A DNA stretch of 64,000 nucleotides from Azolla caroliniana (GCA_043228905.1 JBHGNT010000001.1:33790001-33854000), one strand, 5' to 3'. Positions 1 through 15,545 are shown, numbered from the stretch's first letter. Translations and numbers: made by a program. The notes: generated by a model from the sequence alone, not told the origin.

Positions 1-249
1 GATGTTATGACATCATGATTGTGCAATTATGGGTATCAATGGGCTACTTTTGGCCACTGTCTTTGGTTCTGCAAAGAGGGAGACAGAGCTCCGTCTCTCT
101 CATACAGGCATTGAGATACGCACACAAGCAAGGGAGGGAGGAAGAGGCAGAGAGGACAAACCTGATAGAATGAATTCACAACGCGGAGCAGAGAGAGGAC
201 GAAGAAGAAAAAGGAGAGCTTTGTTCCTCGCTAATAAATGCCTCGCTTC

Positions 250-390
250 CCCCCTCTCCCTCTCTCTCTACTCTGTTATCTCTCTCTCTCTCTCCCAGAC
301 TCCCTGCCCTGTTCTCTCTCTATCTCTCCCTTCCTCTCTACTCTGTTCTCTCTCTACTCTGTTCTCTCTCTCTCTCTCTCCTCTCTCTGT
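250..390. repeat. (CT)n-rich microsatellite / low-complexity tract
   Basis: Interrupted CT dinucleotide runs (tctctctctc...). They produce the spurious Ser/Leu-rich ORFs 29..415 and 238..564. Confidence 0.85.
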
Positions 391-2511
391 CTTGAGCTTA
401 AAAAACTGGGTTTAAGAAATTGGTTTGTTTCTTTCATGTTCTTAGGACTTTTATCTCTACAATCTATCCCTACCCCTTCACCTCTCTCTTTTGTGGCTGA
501 TCAATTAATGGAATCCGAAGCTTGTCATACCCACCAACTTACCCTCTCCTCCATAGAACCATAGCTATCGTAGCTTTGTATAGTCAAGCCATACGTAGGA
601 CACATACTTCTAATTATCCATTAATGCATTTGTAATGCAATTATTCATTATGCAAATTGCATAGGAGTCAGGGCCCTCTCCACTTAACCTGAACCCTTGA
701 GTCTAGAAATTGTAACTATTGCATGAGTACTTCTACGGGAAGGCCAATCCGTTAATATAATAATAGTTTGTTTATTCAAATGTTTAGAGAACTTCGCGTG
801 ATTGACCATGTACAATGGTATATATGACATAGGGTTGATTGCAATATATGCATGACAGTTGGGATGAGAGTTCACATCATGAGCAACTTGGATTCATGCC
901 AATATCATTATATAACGGAGTTATCCATGGCCTACTCACACTTATCAAATAGTTCATGAGAAAGAGGAACCAAATCCAAGATTCTTTTACTCTACCAAGT
1001 AGCCTTGAGCTATCACCCATTGCATAGCATGAGTCCCCCTTTATCAAAAAGAGCACAAAAGAATTAACATGAATCCCCTTCGTGAAAAATATCGATGGTG
1101 AGCAAAATAGTTACTAATTACCTTTTATACGTGCAAACCTTGCTAATAACCATTCCAATTATACCTAACCAAACAAACATTTGTCCATGAACTATTGTCC
1201 TATCTCAAGCCTATTAAAAATTTCATGAGAAACAGAGTGCTATTGATTATATTATTTGGTGGTTTACACAATACATGGATCGAGGATGTTAGTTCCAAAT
1301 TATGTGATACCTAGAATATGGAAAGTAGCCATATTAGCAACTGATGTAGGAAAATATATGATATTACGTAGATGAAAACACAATGATCCCTCGACAGCAC
1401 ACAAAGAAGATTTGAGGCAATAATAAATAGAACATCAATGTCCCTAATAGGATTCCATACAATTGATATACAATCAGGTCATACAAGATTGAAAATTCCC
1501 ATAACATCAAGAGCCACATGTAGACTAATGTAGATGTGGTGGTCTTCTCAACAAAGCTACTTTACATCAAATATTCCAAGTGCCAAAATTTCCCTGGAAA
1601 CAATAGATTGGTTCTTAGAAACACTGTTGTCGTAATGTGAAAATTTCAATAACACAATCAACTCATTGCTAGGGACATGCAAAAAAACATTATTATTCAA
1701 AGGTGAAACATTCAATCTGTTACATTAAGGACTAGAACTCCTGCCAACAAATACCCGTCAAGCTTTTCCATATCACAGAGGTCTCATGAACAATGCTTAC
1801 ATGTTTTACATAAGCTTATAGTAAAAGCATTGAGTTCCCTTAAATACTGGTATTTTGTTCATTCATATATATCACGTACGATACTCAGATGAAGTATATA
1901 TACTTAGAAGAACAACTAAGGCAGCACTCAACCTTCAACATAACAGCAGTACCATTCCGATTTCACTTACATAACTGAATATCTTATTCTTCATCTCAAT
2001 CAATGGCTTTAATTTGGAGATATATCAAGCTCAAAATAGATCAATGAAAATGTACATAAATGAGCCTTCACCCACATACAATTAATTTTACTGCTCAGTT
2101 ATTCCTGAAACTGAACTGAGCGTCACTTATTATTCCCACTCTTTTTACCAAAAAGAGATCAATAAAGCTGCTGGCACACAAAAGGCAGCTCTGCTCAACA
2201 ATTACTCTTACATAGCTATTTATTAACAGCTGAATGGGCTGAATATCAGCATATGCTGAACAGAAGCTAGATAGATATCTCAATCCCATGCGTGCGAGTC
2301 CTTTTTTTATCGTGATTTCAATATTTTTGCCGAACTCCTTACTGTACATTATCCACATGATCTTATGACCACCTAAAGTACTTTTCTTTAGCATGAAAAC
2401 CGAAATTACATGAAACTCCCCGAATAAATTCAGAGTGCCATGAACAGTCCCGCAAGTGTTTGTACACAGGATCCAGCCTCTGGAATTTGTTTTCTTTTTA
2501 TGCATCCACAC

Positions 2512-5500
2512 TCAAGATGAAAAGGTTGCCATCTCTTGCAAAGATTGATCGGTGTAACTTGCATTTGCTTCAGGCGTGTCTTCTTCACTCGGAGGCACAA
2601 GTTGCCAAAATAGGGGCAGAAACTTGTCCCAGTTACTCAATACTTCCTGTGCTTTCACACTGCCAGTCTTCTCCTGGAAGTCAAAATATATTTAAGGTAG
2701 GATTAATTGTACACTTGAGTTTTTCTTTGTTTAACCCGTTATACAAATGAAACCAGTGTGGTTTTTTAATTTTTTGAATTTCATACCGCATGGGCTTGTA
2801 CAAGATTTTTCAGCTGTTGCTGACCTACGGGGGCAGTAACCCGTTGCATCCTCACAATCTCTTTGTTCACCTGAGGACAAACAAGTACGTCAAATTATAT
2901 CCCATAATTCAATTACCCATGTCCCTAACAGTTTCTCAACCGGTTTACATTGAAAAGAAACTTACGATCTCATCCATTGAAAATTACCCAAAAAACCACA
3001 AGTTTACATATAAGAGACACAATAACTAAGTTTGCCAGAAACAAAGTCTTACCTTAGGCTGCAATGTGTTATCTTCGTCTAGAAGGTAGGCTAAGCCACC
3101 TGTCATTCCAGCAGCTACATTCCGCCCAACTCTGCAGAGGAAGTAGCACATCACAATAAGTAGCCATGCAGACACATGCAACTCATTTTTTCTTCAATCA
3201 TTCAATTTACTTACTTCCCAAGCACAACAATGCAACCACCAGTCATGTATTCACAGCAATGATCTCCAGTTCCTTCAATGACTGCTTCTGCTAAAGAATT
3301 ACGAACAGCAAAACGTTCGCCGGCCTTTCCCCTTGCAAACATCTGGCCACCAGTGGCCCCATATAAGCAAGTATTGCCGACAATAGTGCCATCTTCAGGG
3401 CAGAATCCAACATTCTCAGGAGGAACAATAACAAGCTCGCCCCCAGCCATTCCCTGCATAACCCAAGACTTTGGAGTGAGTGAATCTCCTTTCGCAATTT
3501 CATTTGATGACTCGTAAGGTAAATTTTGTATATAATAGGACACCTTGCCAACATAATCATTGGCTTCTCCCACAAGTCGGATATTCATGCCCGGCATCAG
3601 AAAGCAACCAAAAGATTGACCTGCACTTCCAATGAACCTAAACAGAAGGTCCGGCAGTGAATAAGATGATTCCTCAACCCTTTCAATCAATTGATTCAAA
3701 CTCCCACTCTACTTACTTTATGTCAAGCTGTCCTGCAAAGCCTCTGTCACCATACTTCTTTGCTATGGCTCCAGCAACCCTTCCACAAACTGCCCTATCA
3801 ACATTAAGGATCCTCACGGTCTTTTGTACTTTCTTCTCTTCTGCTATGGCCTCAGCAATCTGTTAAATTCAATAAATGCTTAAATTTAAATTTATGGTCT
3901 TACAATTAAGGCACTTAATTTTGTAGCTTATAACAATGAGCATGATCTATTTACCTCTGAATCTGCAAGCAAGACATCATCCAATACCGGTCCATTGGTA
4001 TGGACTTCTTGATTTCTTATTTTTGTGCTACTCCACTTGGGCAATCCAACACTCTATCAGTCAACCAAACAGTGTAAACATGTCAAGAATATGACATTCA
4101 GGTTCTCCTACTAAAAAGAACTGTGGATAAAATTGGAGATTTCAATGGCAAGTATTTAGCTAACTCACAGAAAGAATAGAACTGAGGTCTATGTGCTGCG
4201 TCTTGAGGACAGATATACTTCTTGGTTTGAGCAGATCAACTCTTCCAATCACATCATCAAGCTTTTCATATCCTAATTGGGCAAGAATTCCTCTCACCTA
4301 GCATGGCCATTAGATAAGTTTTTAAACATAACAGCGCAAATAATAACTTGAACTTCTTCATATCAGAAAGAATGATGGTGAAATGATGTTACCTCTTCAG
4401 CTACATACAAGAAGTAGTTTACAAGATCCCCAGGAACACCAGGAAATCTTGCTCGAAGTTCCTCCCTCTGCCAGCAAGCAAGTCATTGAATTTCTAGTTA
4501 GGTATACATCTAACTAGTAATGTACTGAGAAATGAGAAAAGCAACACTGATCATTTTATTACCTGACTTGCAACACCTACAGGGCAGTTGTTTGTATGAC
4601 AGATTCTTGCCATCACACATCCGGTTGCTATCATAGCAACTGAACCAAATCCATACTCATCAGCTCCCAAAGCTGCAGCCATTATCACATCAACCCCACT
4701 TTTGAATCCTCCATCCACTCTCAGGACAACCCTTTCTCGAAGTCCATTATTGATCAAGGTCTAAACACAAACACAACCATAACAATAAACAAAAGGTTCG
4801 CTTTCCAGTAAAGAAGTCAAAATCACACTGCTTGTCCACCTGTTGAGTTTCAGTTAAACCAAGCTCCCATGGACCACCGGCATGCTTTATTGAACTGATA
4901 GGACTAGCACCAGTGCCTCCATCATGTCCTGAGATCTGTAAGATATAAAAAATGCCTCAATATTTAACAATCATAAGCGAGAACTATATGATCATAAATT
5001 TACAATTAATTGATCCTGAAAGATGTGTAGAAGACTGTATTTCCCCAGACACACCTGTATGATGTCAGCATTTCCTTTGGCTACACCAGATGCAACAGTT
5101 CCTATTCCTGCTTCAGAAACCAGTTTGACAGAAACTTTGGCATTCGGGTTGACCTACCACAAATTTAAGCAGAACTTAGCAAATACTATTTGAATTCATC
5201 ATTTCTTGATTATTGATTGAATCAACTAAATATACCTGATGAAGATCAAAGATCAGCTGTGCTAAGTCCTCAATAGAATAAATATCATGATGAGGTGGTG
5301 GGGAGATCAATGGCACACCAGGTTTGGAGTTTCTGAGTTTAGCAATGTAGGCACTAACTTTTTTCCCAGGTAGCTGTCCTCCTTCACCGGGCTTAGCACC
5401 TTGGGCAATTTTTATTTCCAATTGTTCAGCGTGAACAAGGAAAGTGGGCGTGACACCAAACCGACCAGATGCCACCTGTTAGCAATGTAGCTACTTTATT

Positions 5501-8500
5501 ACATGTAGAGCAGCTATATTTGCCTTGAGCTCAACCTATTTACAGCTATACATGTAAATTTCTCAGAAGGATGACTATTACTCAATGTAGATCATACTGC
5601 ATTTACTCTAAAGACTGTTTATGTCCATCAAATAGACGATAGGACAGGTGAGATTATACATAGCATTAAATGCAACACAAACCAGCTCAGATGCCCTAAA
5701 ATCACATTCTAATAAACCAATACACTTTTCACCTATTAAAACAGTCTAGCAGTGGCCTCCAAAAACCTATATGAAACAGGTGTGATAGGAGGGAAAATGG
5801 CTGAGATGCAGAGAGAACAGAAAAGAAGAGGGTTTTTGGGGCGCCTAATAAGCTGTTTTAAGTTTTCGAGGCATTTGAACCGGTTCACATTGGCTTCATT
5901 TGCATTTAACAATTTACTGCAAACCCACTGAAAGATATTCCTGGAATTTTCAAAAAAGAAAGATAAACCTATCAAGCACCTGTTTTATTGCACTTGTTGC
6001 TGTATCACCATTTTGCAGACCCTTCAAATGGGGCAGGGTAGGAGAATATCCATCATCTACATCTGATAGATGCCTCCAACGTATAGGATCCTGTAGTACA
6101 ACCCATAGCATCTCATAATTGATGGTTCATAACAGTCACCTTTGATGCAAGAATAACATATATTACCTCTCCTCCTTCCCCTGAATTTGATTTCCCACCA
6201 ATCCTATTCATTGCCACAGCAATAGCTTCATGTGTCTCTCTTGAGATAGCTCCCAAAGACATTCCACCTGTGCAAAAACGCTCCATAATATTGGATGCAG
6301 GTTCAACTTTCCCAATCGATATGGGTTTCCTATCACTTCTAAATTCTAGAAGATCACGAAGAACCTGAAAAAGGAAATTTCATATATAAATTAGAACCAA
6401 TAATGCTTCAATCTGGAAGCACAAATATTTCCAGCATAAAATCAAATATCTCGATCACAAATACATGTTCAGGTCCATAGCCCTTACATTTACTGGCCGA
6501 ATTGCTAAATGTTGCTGGTAAACTGCATAAGCACTTTGATTCCTCTCTCGAACTGCTTTATGCAGGAGCTTTGACATTTCTGGATTATTGCTGTGGTACT
6601 CTCCTATTTCACTCAAAACCGCATTTTAATGAATATGAAAATTCATTGAATGAATATAAACCTCCATCTACAGAATACTAATATCTGTTTTCCAAGGAGG
6701 TACAGATCTGAGATATTCATATGCAACAAGACACAATATTACCTCCTTGTCTGGATTGGATAAACCCAAAATTTTCTAGCCGCTTTGCAGTTTCCTCTGA
6801 AAATCCTTTGATCCAAAAACTCATTGTTTCTCTTGCTAGCTGCATGTTACAGATTTTAGTAGGTATCCATGTTGAGAAAAGAAATAATGCACTTTTCTTT
6901 TGCTAACATAAAAAGAATGAAACATGTATCCTTTGCATAACATTTTCCACAATGAAGTTACAACAGTTTAGCACTGGCACATATAAATTCCTTGTTTTAT
7001 ATGCAGCTATTGAACAGCATCTATTCTTTTTGTGTTCAACAAAGAACTGAAGGCACTATAGCACTGATTGCAACGAGGCAAAACTTCTGCTGCATTGATG
7101 TGGAAAAATCTAAAGATAGTTACACAGCAAACTTACAATGCACCAAAAAGCAAAAGTGTCACCAACAACAAACCAAAAGGTAATTAGAAACTTCAGAGTA
7201 AGTGGTTACATCATCAAGAGTAAGGCCGCCTATCCTTGACACGCTTCCACAGAAGGAAGTGTTCACAACATCTTCGGCTAAACCATAAATCTCAAAGATC
7301 TGTGCTCCACAATAGCTGATAGAAACGAGAATCAAAGAAGTGAGAAATCATTTGAAAACACTAGCTACTACAAGAATCATGGTGCATTGTACCCTTGAGA
7401 ATAGAAATGCACATACAAACCCTTATCAGAAAAGAAATCACCTTGACAGTAAAGATATTCCCATTTTTGACAAGATCTTCAGTATGCCTGCTCTAACTGC
7501 CTGCATTTGGAAAGCGCACATTACAACTTCTATGCATGTTTCTCTTTAAGAATTTATAAAAAAAGCCTAAATCAATAGATGGAAAACCTTGCAATAGTTC
7601 TGTTGAGCTTGTTCCATAGTCACAGTAGGCATTTTTCCATTTTTCATCAAGTTAACTGTTTTCACACTGATGCGCCAGTGTCGAGATGTTTCCAAAGCAA
7701 GATATGGGCATATTGCACTGGATACCCACATTCAAGAAGAGGAAAGAGATAGAATTTCAGTAAAGTGTCAAACCATGTAGAAATCTTACATATCAATCTC
7801 TTCCATGTAGAAAGAAGACACACCTAGCACCATAGCCAATCAAACACGCAAAATGATGTGTGCTAAAACATTGAGCTGTGTCCACAATTATAGAAGCCGA
7901 CATACGTAGACCATTCTGAATGAGATGTTGATGTACAGCCCCAACTGCAAGGAGAACAGGTATAGCAGGTCTGGATGGTTCCTGATGCCCAAACGATGTA
8001 GTTTAGTGGATGATAAAACAAATATAAATAGTCATAACATTTGGATCCAATTTACCTTTCAGGACATTTTTACATATATTAATGATATGGCAAAACATTA
8101 ACAGAAAATAAGGAAATTTTATTAGTAGCCCAACAAGAATAAATACCAATTCATCAAGTCGATCACTAAGAATAAGTAGCTGTGATCCTGAACGAACAGC
8201 ATCATCAGCTGCTTCACACAGTCTATCCAAAGCTCTCTTGAGAGATCCATCCACACCTTTGCTGACATCAAAAAATATTGGAAGCCGATATGCCTTCAGC
8301 TTCTCATCCACTTTTAGGGACTCCAATTCATCATCATTCAAGATTGGGTTTGTCATGGTGACCTTCATTAGGTAAATCGACTTCCATATTACAACATCGC
8401 TGGAACCTACCTAGAATATAAAATTGACGACATATCAATGTGACATACCTGATCTGCATTCTTTGCATCGGCCTCCAGAATATTCTCACGCTTTCCAAGA

Positions 8501-11500
8501 TTGACTTCTAATGACATGACTAAACCTTCCCGTAATGGGTCAATGGCAGGATTTGTTACCTGCAGTATTACACTAGTACTTTAATGCATTGTAAACAAAA
8601 ACCAAGAAAATAGCAACCACAGATTGCAGAGATTTTATATATACCTGTGCAAATCGTTGCTTGAAATAGTCATACAGCATATGAGGTCTTTGAGATAGCA
8701 CTGCTAAAGGAATGTCGTCACCCATGCAATAGGTCGGTTCTTTACCTTGTGATGCCATGCTTTCTATCACTAGTTGAACATCTTCTAAAGAATAGCCAAA
8801 TGCCCTGAAGTAGACACCCAATTAGTAAGATCGCCATCATAAATGTTGACATTCAACCCAATTATATATTTAGCCCATCGAAACTTACTGCTGAAGCTTT
8901 AAAACTTTATCACTCTCCCAAAGATTAGCAGCAGGAAATTTGGCAGGTTCTAAAGCACGCCTTTTGTCAGCAAGCCACTGTTTGTATGGCTTTGCTGTGG
9001 CAACCCTCTTTTTAACTTCTGTGTTTTCTGAAACCTATACACAGTTTAAGATAGTGATTATGTACAAGTTACAACTTCCACTCTGATAGCTTTCATAAAT
9101 CAAAACTGTGTAATTCTTATATGAATAGATTACAGGGGTTCTCTTTTTAAACTAATATCTTTCTGATGCTTAAATGTAGTTGCGTGTAGCACATAATTGT
9201 CAGTGTTAAATCAATTAAATTATTTTATCAAGAGCATATCAAACATTATCAGAAATATTCAAACACAAACTGAAATCATTGATGGTCTTACCTGTCCTGT
9301 TTCAAGGTCTACAGAAATCATCATTCCTGGACCCAACCTCCCTTTTGATATAACCTTTGAATCGTCCATATTGAGCACTCCTACCTGTCGTGGTAACAAG
9401 GATGTCATTTTTCCATTTTTCACATTTCAAAGAATTTAAGGCATTGTGAAAATGAAAGGTACCTCAGACGCCACATATATCATGTCATCTGATGTCCTCC
9501 AATATCTAGCTGGACGAAGTCCATTTCGGTCAAGACAAGCTCCCACTGTCCTTCCATCACTACAGACAATTGCACACCATTAGAGTTCCAACATCTTGAC
9601 CATACCATGTGAGACAGATGGTGCACAAACGAAATAACGATTCGTAAAGGTTGATAGTAAGTATGCAGTAGAGAGAGAACAGGGAACAATAGCTCATATA
9701 GTAAAGCCTTTTAAGAGGCAGAAATGGCCCATGAGATCAAATGAGAACAACAAACCAAATAAATATAACTAAATTAGTAGAACTGCCTAAGCTACCAAAG
9801 TATCTTGTGAGCTAAGCATTTAACATTTTGAACTTAGATGGACTGAAACTTCTGCTTTAGGAAGATCTCCAACATGAGCCAATACAAGAGATAGATGTCT
9901 TCAATGTGAAGAAACTACCTTTTTTTTAAGTTCAAATGGACGTGGCCTAGATGCTACACAAAGTGCTATACCGTGATCTAATGTAGCCCCTTTCAAGGGT
10001 TGTGATCGAAACCCTACTTGTGTAGCCTTTGATTGACTTGTAACATGAGAAGTGATAAAGCTAAAGAAAGTCGCGATGAGCTGTTGTAGTTTACTTATTC
10101 TTCTTCAACACTTCTCCCTATGTCTCTTGAGTTCTGGCAAGAACAGTGCCAAGAACTGTTAGTCTTTGTATTCCATTACTTTGTGTGGTCAGCCAAAGCC
10201 TTATTTGAAGAGGTGGTGATATCTCCCTCTTATTTCATAAAACACATAGCACCATGGCAAGAATAGTGTTCCTTGATGGGAAGTGCACCTTGATGCATTT
10301 GCAAAAAATCCTTCTTTTGTAGAAGACAGACTAGACCTTTAGTAAAGGACTAAAACAAATATTTTCTTATACCTTTATAGTATTTCTTGGGTGTGTACCT
10401 CACAAAAAATAACAATTACAATAGTGATACCTCACGTATATTACACAACTACCACCTACACTAACTATCTATGGACCTCCTACACAGTCACACATATACA
10501 ATGCATTTTAAGCATGGTCTTTAAGTTGGCATAGAACATTTAATAGAACTTTCGAGAAATGATCACTCTGAATGGGCAACATGGCTATTTTAGGAACTTA
10601 TCCTTAATAATCAATGACTAAACCATGTGCCTCAATTCTCTTTTCTTTCTCTAAATCCATTGTGTGGTATGTGAAACATTATTTTAGAATAGTTCTCTGG
10701 GCCCTAGAGCCTACCAAAAGTCTATGTACCACTAACACAAGTAAAGGTTGTAAAGATACAGGTTGTGATTGCAAACCCTTCATTGAATGTTGCAGCACAT
10801 TTTACATTGAGTTGGCGAATTGATAACGTTTCTAATTTGAAGAAAGTGGTGTGAGTTAGATATTAAGTATTAAGATGTCAAACTAAACGTTTTCCACCAT
10901 TTTCAGCTTTGGAACTTTCATTCGAAGCCTACTTTTATATCTTCGTTAATATATCAGTTGTTTCCAAGCAAATACAAAGAAGTATATGATCCAAATAGAA
11001 ATGTCATCAATATCGATCCTTGTGATTTATTACAGCATACCCTTACCTGAATAATAATAAAGCTGGTCCATCCCATGGCTCCATTTGACCTTTGTAATAC
11101 TCATAAAAGTCAACAACCTGAGATCATAAAAAATGCACAAAACTGAAAATCTGGAAGCTTCCTAGAAAATGTAATAAAAGTATCTTGACTGCTGAAATGA
11201 TAAACCACGCAAGTATCCCCAGATACCTCTGGATATTTGATCATCAGAGTAGGGTGTTTCTTGTATGCCTCAGGAACAAGGATCATCAGTGCCTCTTCAG
11301 GGCTTCTACCACTCCTCATGAGCAGCTGCCAAGGCAAAAGAATTAGCACGCAGAATATTTCTATAGACAACGGCTGTCAAGGTTGTAAACTTGTACCTCA
11401 GCTACTGCATCTAGGTTTGCTGAATCAGAAGCCCTCGGATTCCCATAAGGACGAATTTCGTCTTCTCTTCCATGCCAAACAGCAGACTTCATTGAACACT

Positions 11501-14500
11501 CTCGTGATCTCATCCAGTTGAGATTCCCCTGCATAGTATCGTCAAAACATACCATTGAATTTGTCAGAAATCTGGAGAAATTTGTGCATAAATCATAAAC
11601 ACATTCACGGATAGTATTCAAGAAATTCCAACGAAGGGAATGCAATATATAAAGCTGTGGCATACTGCTTATACCTGTAATGTGTTGATCTCTCCATTAT
11701 GGCCAAGAAACCTCATGGGCTGAGCAAGAGGCCACCTTGGAGTTGTATTTGTACTATAACGTCTATGATAAATAGCAAAGCTGGATGTAAATAGTGGATC
11801 TTGCAAATCATGGTAAAAACTGCCCAAAGCCTCAGATCTTAACATTCCCTTGTAGACTATAGTGGAGCTGGAGAGGGAGCAAATATATAAATCTTGACCC
11901 CATGATTCAGATCCAGAAGATTTCTCGATGAGTTTTCTAGATATATACAATTCTGTTTCAAGGTCTTCAATAGAACCTTCATTGGCAACTTTAACTATAA
12001 CCTGTTGAATGTTAGGAAGTGTTTGTTTTGCATAGTAACCAACTATTGATACATTGACAGGCACAGGCCTCCATCCTAGAACCTCAACTCCTTCCTGTGA
12101 GAAAATCCGCTCCACCACTGAAAACAAAAAGAGGGAATTAATTCTCTCCATTGAATCACCTGTGATGAGAGATTTTCAGAGGACAGACAATTTCAATTTC
12201 ACTGATAAGGCACTAAACCTGGTTGTTGATTATTTGTGATTACATTTTAAGCTATTTAATTTAAGACACTACTATATAAAGACATTTTTCTTTCGTTACT
12301 TGCATTGACAAGTTAAGATAACAATCTCAATGATAAGGCACTAAACCTGGTTGTTGATTATTCATGATTATTTTAAGCTATTTAATTTAAGAAGCTAACA
12401 CAGAAAGACATTTTTATTTTTTTACTTTGAATTGGCAAGCTAAGATAAACCTTTGTCAAGTGCCAGTATGGCCTTTTAGACACGTAAATTATATTTTTCT
12501 TTTGTTCTATGACAGACACCAAAAGAGCCAAAACACATTTCGTCTACCTTTTCATATGGCTTGCAAAAAAGTTCTAACTGTTAATATGAACAATCAAAAA
12601 AGATAATAAAAACAGAGGCCGCTACGGTTTTCAAGGACAGAGAGTGTCACGAGATAAGAAAAAGGTGGAGAAGGAAGGTTGCTAAATTTTGTATTGCAAG
12701 CATGTGCATCCAAGGCTTCTCTCAATAATGGAGGATTCGAGAACTCATCCACGCATCCTGATTTATCAGGAAAAACCTGTCATCATTGAGGAACATCAAA
12801 TATTTTTACAACCCTTCTACGATCAACATTTCTCTCATCTTTCTCGACAAGTCACAAATTGATGGTTGCCACTCATTGCGTGTTGTACTATGCATTACTT
12901 CTTCCATCACAGATCTATATAGGAAACTAAAAAAGCAGTTCAACTGCAGGTTCTTTGCTTTGGTGGTTGGAAAGTATAAGAAAATCCATAATACACCATT
13001 TTTCACACTGTCAGCAGCCACGAATTCATCACTGCATCAGCTCACAGATTGATGAAGTTGTGGGTTGGAAGCAGTGGATCACATCTACTTTCCCAAAATA
13101 AATATTTTAATTCTATTCCCTATATTTCAACCTTCCTGCTCAGATTATTGGAATATTCGATGTATGGCGAGTGTGACATTCCATCATGGTGTACCCCGTG
13201 AATTATATTAGATGTTTCTGTGATCGCAAGCCCACAAAATCTGAGAGAAGTAGCCAATTTGTATCCTCCAAAATGTGCACAAAATTCAAATGCCTCATAC
13301 TTAAATTTCTTCAACATTATGATGAATATTGTTAATAAATTATCTATCTGTCATCTTGATACACATAACATCATATGTGAAAATTTCTGCAAAATGATTT
13401 TCCAGAAGACATTGATGCATGAAGCTACATCCTCATGCAAGCTATTTCCTCTTTTGTGTAATTCAGAAGATCTAATGGGTGTCATACAAGAAATTTTTGA
13501 ACATTCTTGCATAGATATGACTTTTGGTCTCTTAGGTCATTTTACCTTTGAATGATGTTAACAAAGTATTTCATTCTGTTACAAAAAAAGATAGGATGTA
13601 GTTCTGCATTTCAAAGATGTTAATATAAACATTCATTTCATTTCTCTCTCTATCTATCTATCTCCATCCAATAAAAAAGATGGGAAGTAATTACTGTGCG
13701 TCCATGGGTCAACTGGGTTTTCTGATGATGTTAATATAATATTGATATCTCTATCTACAATAATATATGGGAAGTACTTTTTTCCTCCTAAGGATGATAT
13801 TATTTCATTTCATATCTCTCTGAAAAAAAATATGTGGCTAACAAGAGAGCTTCAAGAATACCTTCTTTGGCAGCGTTCAACGAAGACTCGTCCTTTGGCA
13901 AGAAGACCATTCCCACACCTGTTTTACTTTCATCAAGAGGGGCGAGTCCTTGGTCAGCAGCCCATTTCTGCAAGAGGAGCCATGGGATCTTGGTCATCAG
14001 ACCCGCGCCATCCCCTGAGTCATTATCAGCCCCACATCCTCCTCGATGCTCCATACATCCAAGGGCTGTAAGGGCATCCTGAACTATGGCGTGCGATGAT
14101 TGATTCTTAAGATTCGCGACAAACCCAACCCCACATGCATCTCGCTCCGCTAGCAAATCATCTAGCTTGACAACCTGATGACAAGATGACACCAACACAC
14201 AAAGAAAAATAAAATAGGGCTTTCACGTTTAGCATCACCTCTACAGAACAAAGCTATTTGACCTTCAAATTCAACCAGACATAGAAACTTATTCTTTCCT
14301 TCAAGATCAACCCATCCAACATTTCAGCCTATGCTTTCATTAAACCCTAACCTGACATTGCGAACCTATCGCTTCCATCAAAATGAACCCAACATTGTAA
14401 AACCAATTGTTTCATTCAGGATCAAACCCAATATAACATGGGAGAAACGCATTAGATTACGAGGATATTTTCGCATTTCCTTTACCTCAGAAGCTTTGAA

Positions 14501-14743
14501 GCCAGCGCCAGGTTGTGAGGTGAGAGAAGAAGCACGTATTTGAGGCCACAATGGTTGGGAACCACGAGATCGATGAAGAGCTCTTTGAAGACGATGTTGA
14601 TGCTGATGAAGACGAACCGAGCCAATGAAGTGAGACTGCAGATGAAGAGAAGGAGAAAGGTGAGGTGAAACAAGGGAGAGAGGGAGCAGAAAAGGCGGCG
14701 ATGGGAAGCAACAGCTATTGGATGAGAGCTGAGAGAGAGCCAT
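2512..14743 (-). CDS. GLU1: Ferredoxin-dependent glutamate synthase (Fd-GOGAT), plastid; about 33 exons
   Basis: Exon 1 (14743-14486) encodes a Ser-rich transit-like peptide. Exon 2 carries the Ntn amidotransferase cleavage/catalytic motif ERDACGVGF. Further motifs: [63 protein letters not shown], the 3Fe-4S motif [19 protein letters not shown], and GXGXG-domain [14 protein letters not shown]. The last exon reads EKTGS...[14 protein letters not shown], with stop TGA at 2514-2512. I count 33 exons, with GT-AG borders wherever checked. Confidence 0.97.
12203..12449. repeat. Two-copy ~128-bp tandem duplication in GOGAT intron 2
   Basis: tgataaggcactaaacctggttgttgattatt... starts at ~12203 and again at ~12331, and similarity continues for about 120 bp. 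Confidence 0.85.
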
Positions 14744-14849
14744 AGAAGAGAAGAGACAGATGGAAGAATTGGATTTATTTGCTTTTGCCTTTAATTTGAT
14801 GGGTGATCAAGTGCACATGGGAAGGTATGGATTGATTTACAGCATTAGG

Positions 14850-14940
14850 GTCTTGATAAGTGGCCGATGATCCAAATCTTACAATTTGCATAAGATGTGA
14901 TGTAGGCTACGGCTTAAAACCTATGGTTCTGACGTGTGGG
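14850..14940. promoter_or_regulatory. Putative light-responsive elements upstream of GOGAT (I-box GATAAG, ACGT-core box)
   Basis: GATAAG at 14855-14860 and tGACGTGT at ~14930-14937, 110-200 bp upstream of the ATG. Motif match only. Confidence 0.3.
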
Positions 14941-15404
14941 TGATCGTTCAAAACCCTGGTTTTTGCATCAGACTGAAGTGGGCGATGGCTGGCTCATAAA
15001 GCTAGGGTTTGCAGATGTGTGAAGTGGTGGGTAATGCTTCAAGAGCTGGGTCGTGATGGGAGCGATGGCATGAATAACATTTGGCACAGGAGGGAGGGAT
15101 ATGTGGGGGGGGTATATAGCTCAGAAATCTGGGGAAGCTTCTTCTTTTTTTTTCCTTTTTATTGTTTTCTTTCTTTTCTTTACAGAAATGGGATGTGGGC
15201 GATGGATCAGAAGCTCAGGGAGGGGATGCAGAGGCTGTTGTAAGGTATAATGGTGACCACTGAGCGAGAGAGAGAGGTGGAGAAGAAAGGATGATGATGA
15301 TGATGAATAAGCTCTGTTTCTGGCTATCCTCTTTTGTCTGTGGGTGTGGGTGTGGGTGTACGCGTGTGCCTATCCTCTTCTTTCTCTTCTCAAAGGATAT
15401 GGCT

Positions 15405-15545
15405 ACAGTATGTAGTATGTAGTATGTAGTATGTAGTATGTAGTGTGTAGTGGTAGTATGCAGTATGTATGTAATCATAGTAGTATCATGTATGTATGTA
15501 TGTATGCAGTAGTAGTGGTAGTAGTAGTAGTAGTAGCAGTAGAGA
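15405..15545. repeat. Compound microsatellite (GTATGTA/TATG/GTA)n
   Basis: gtatgtagtatgtagtatgtag..., tatgtatgtatg and gtagtagtagtag runs. Confidence 0.85.

Noticed and set aside
76-101. Hairpin gagggagac-agagctcc-gtctctctc as a possible miRNA or ncRNA
   Set aside because: Too short for a pre-miRNA and explained by GA/CT low complexity.
29-564. ORFs 29..415 and 238..564
   Set aside because: Translations of GA/CT microsatellite sequence.
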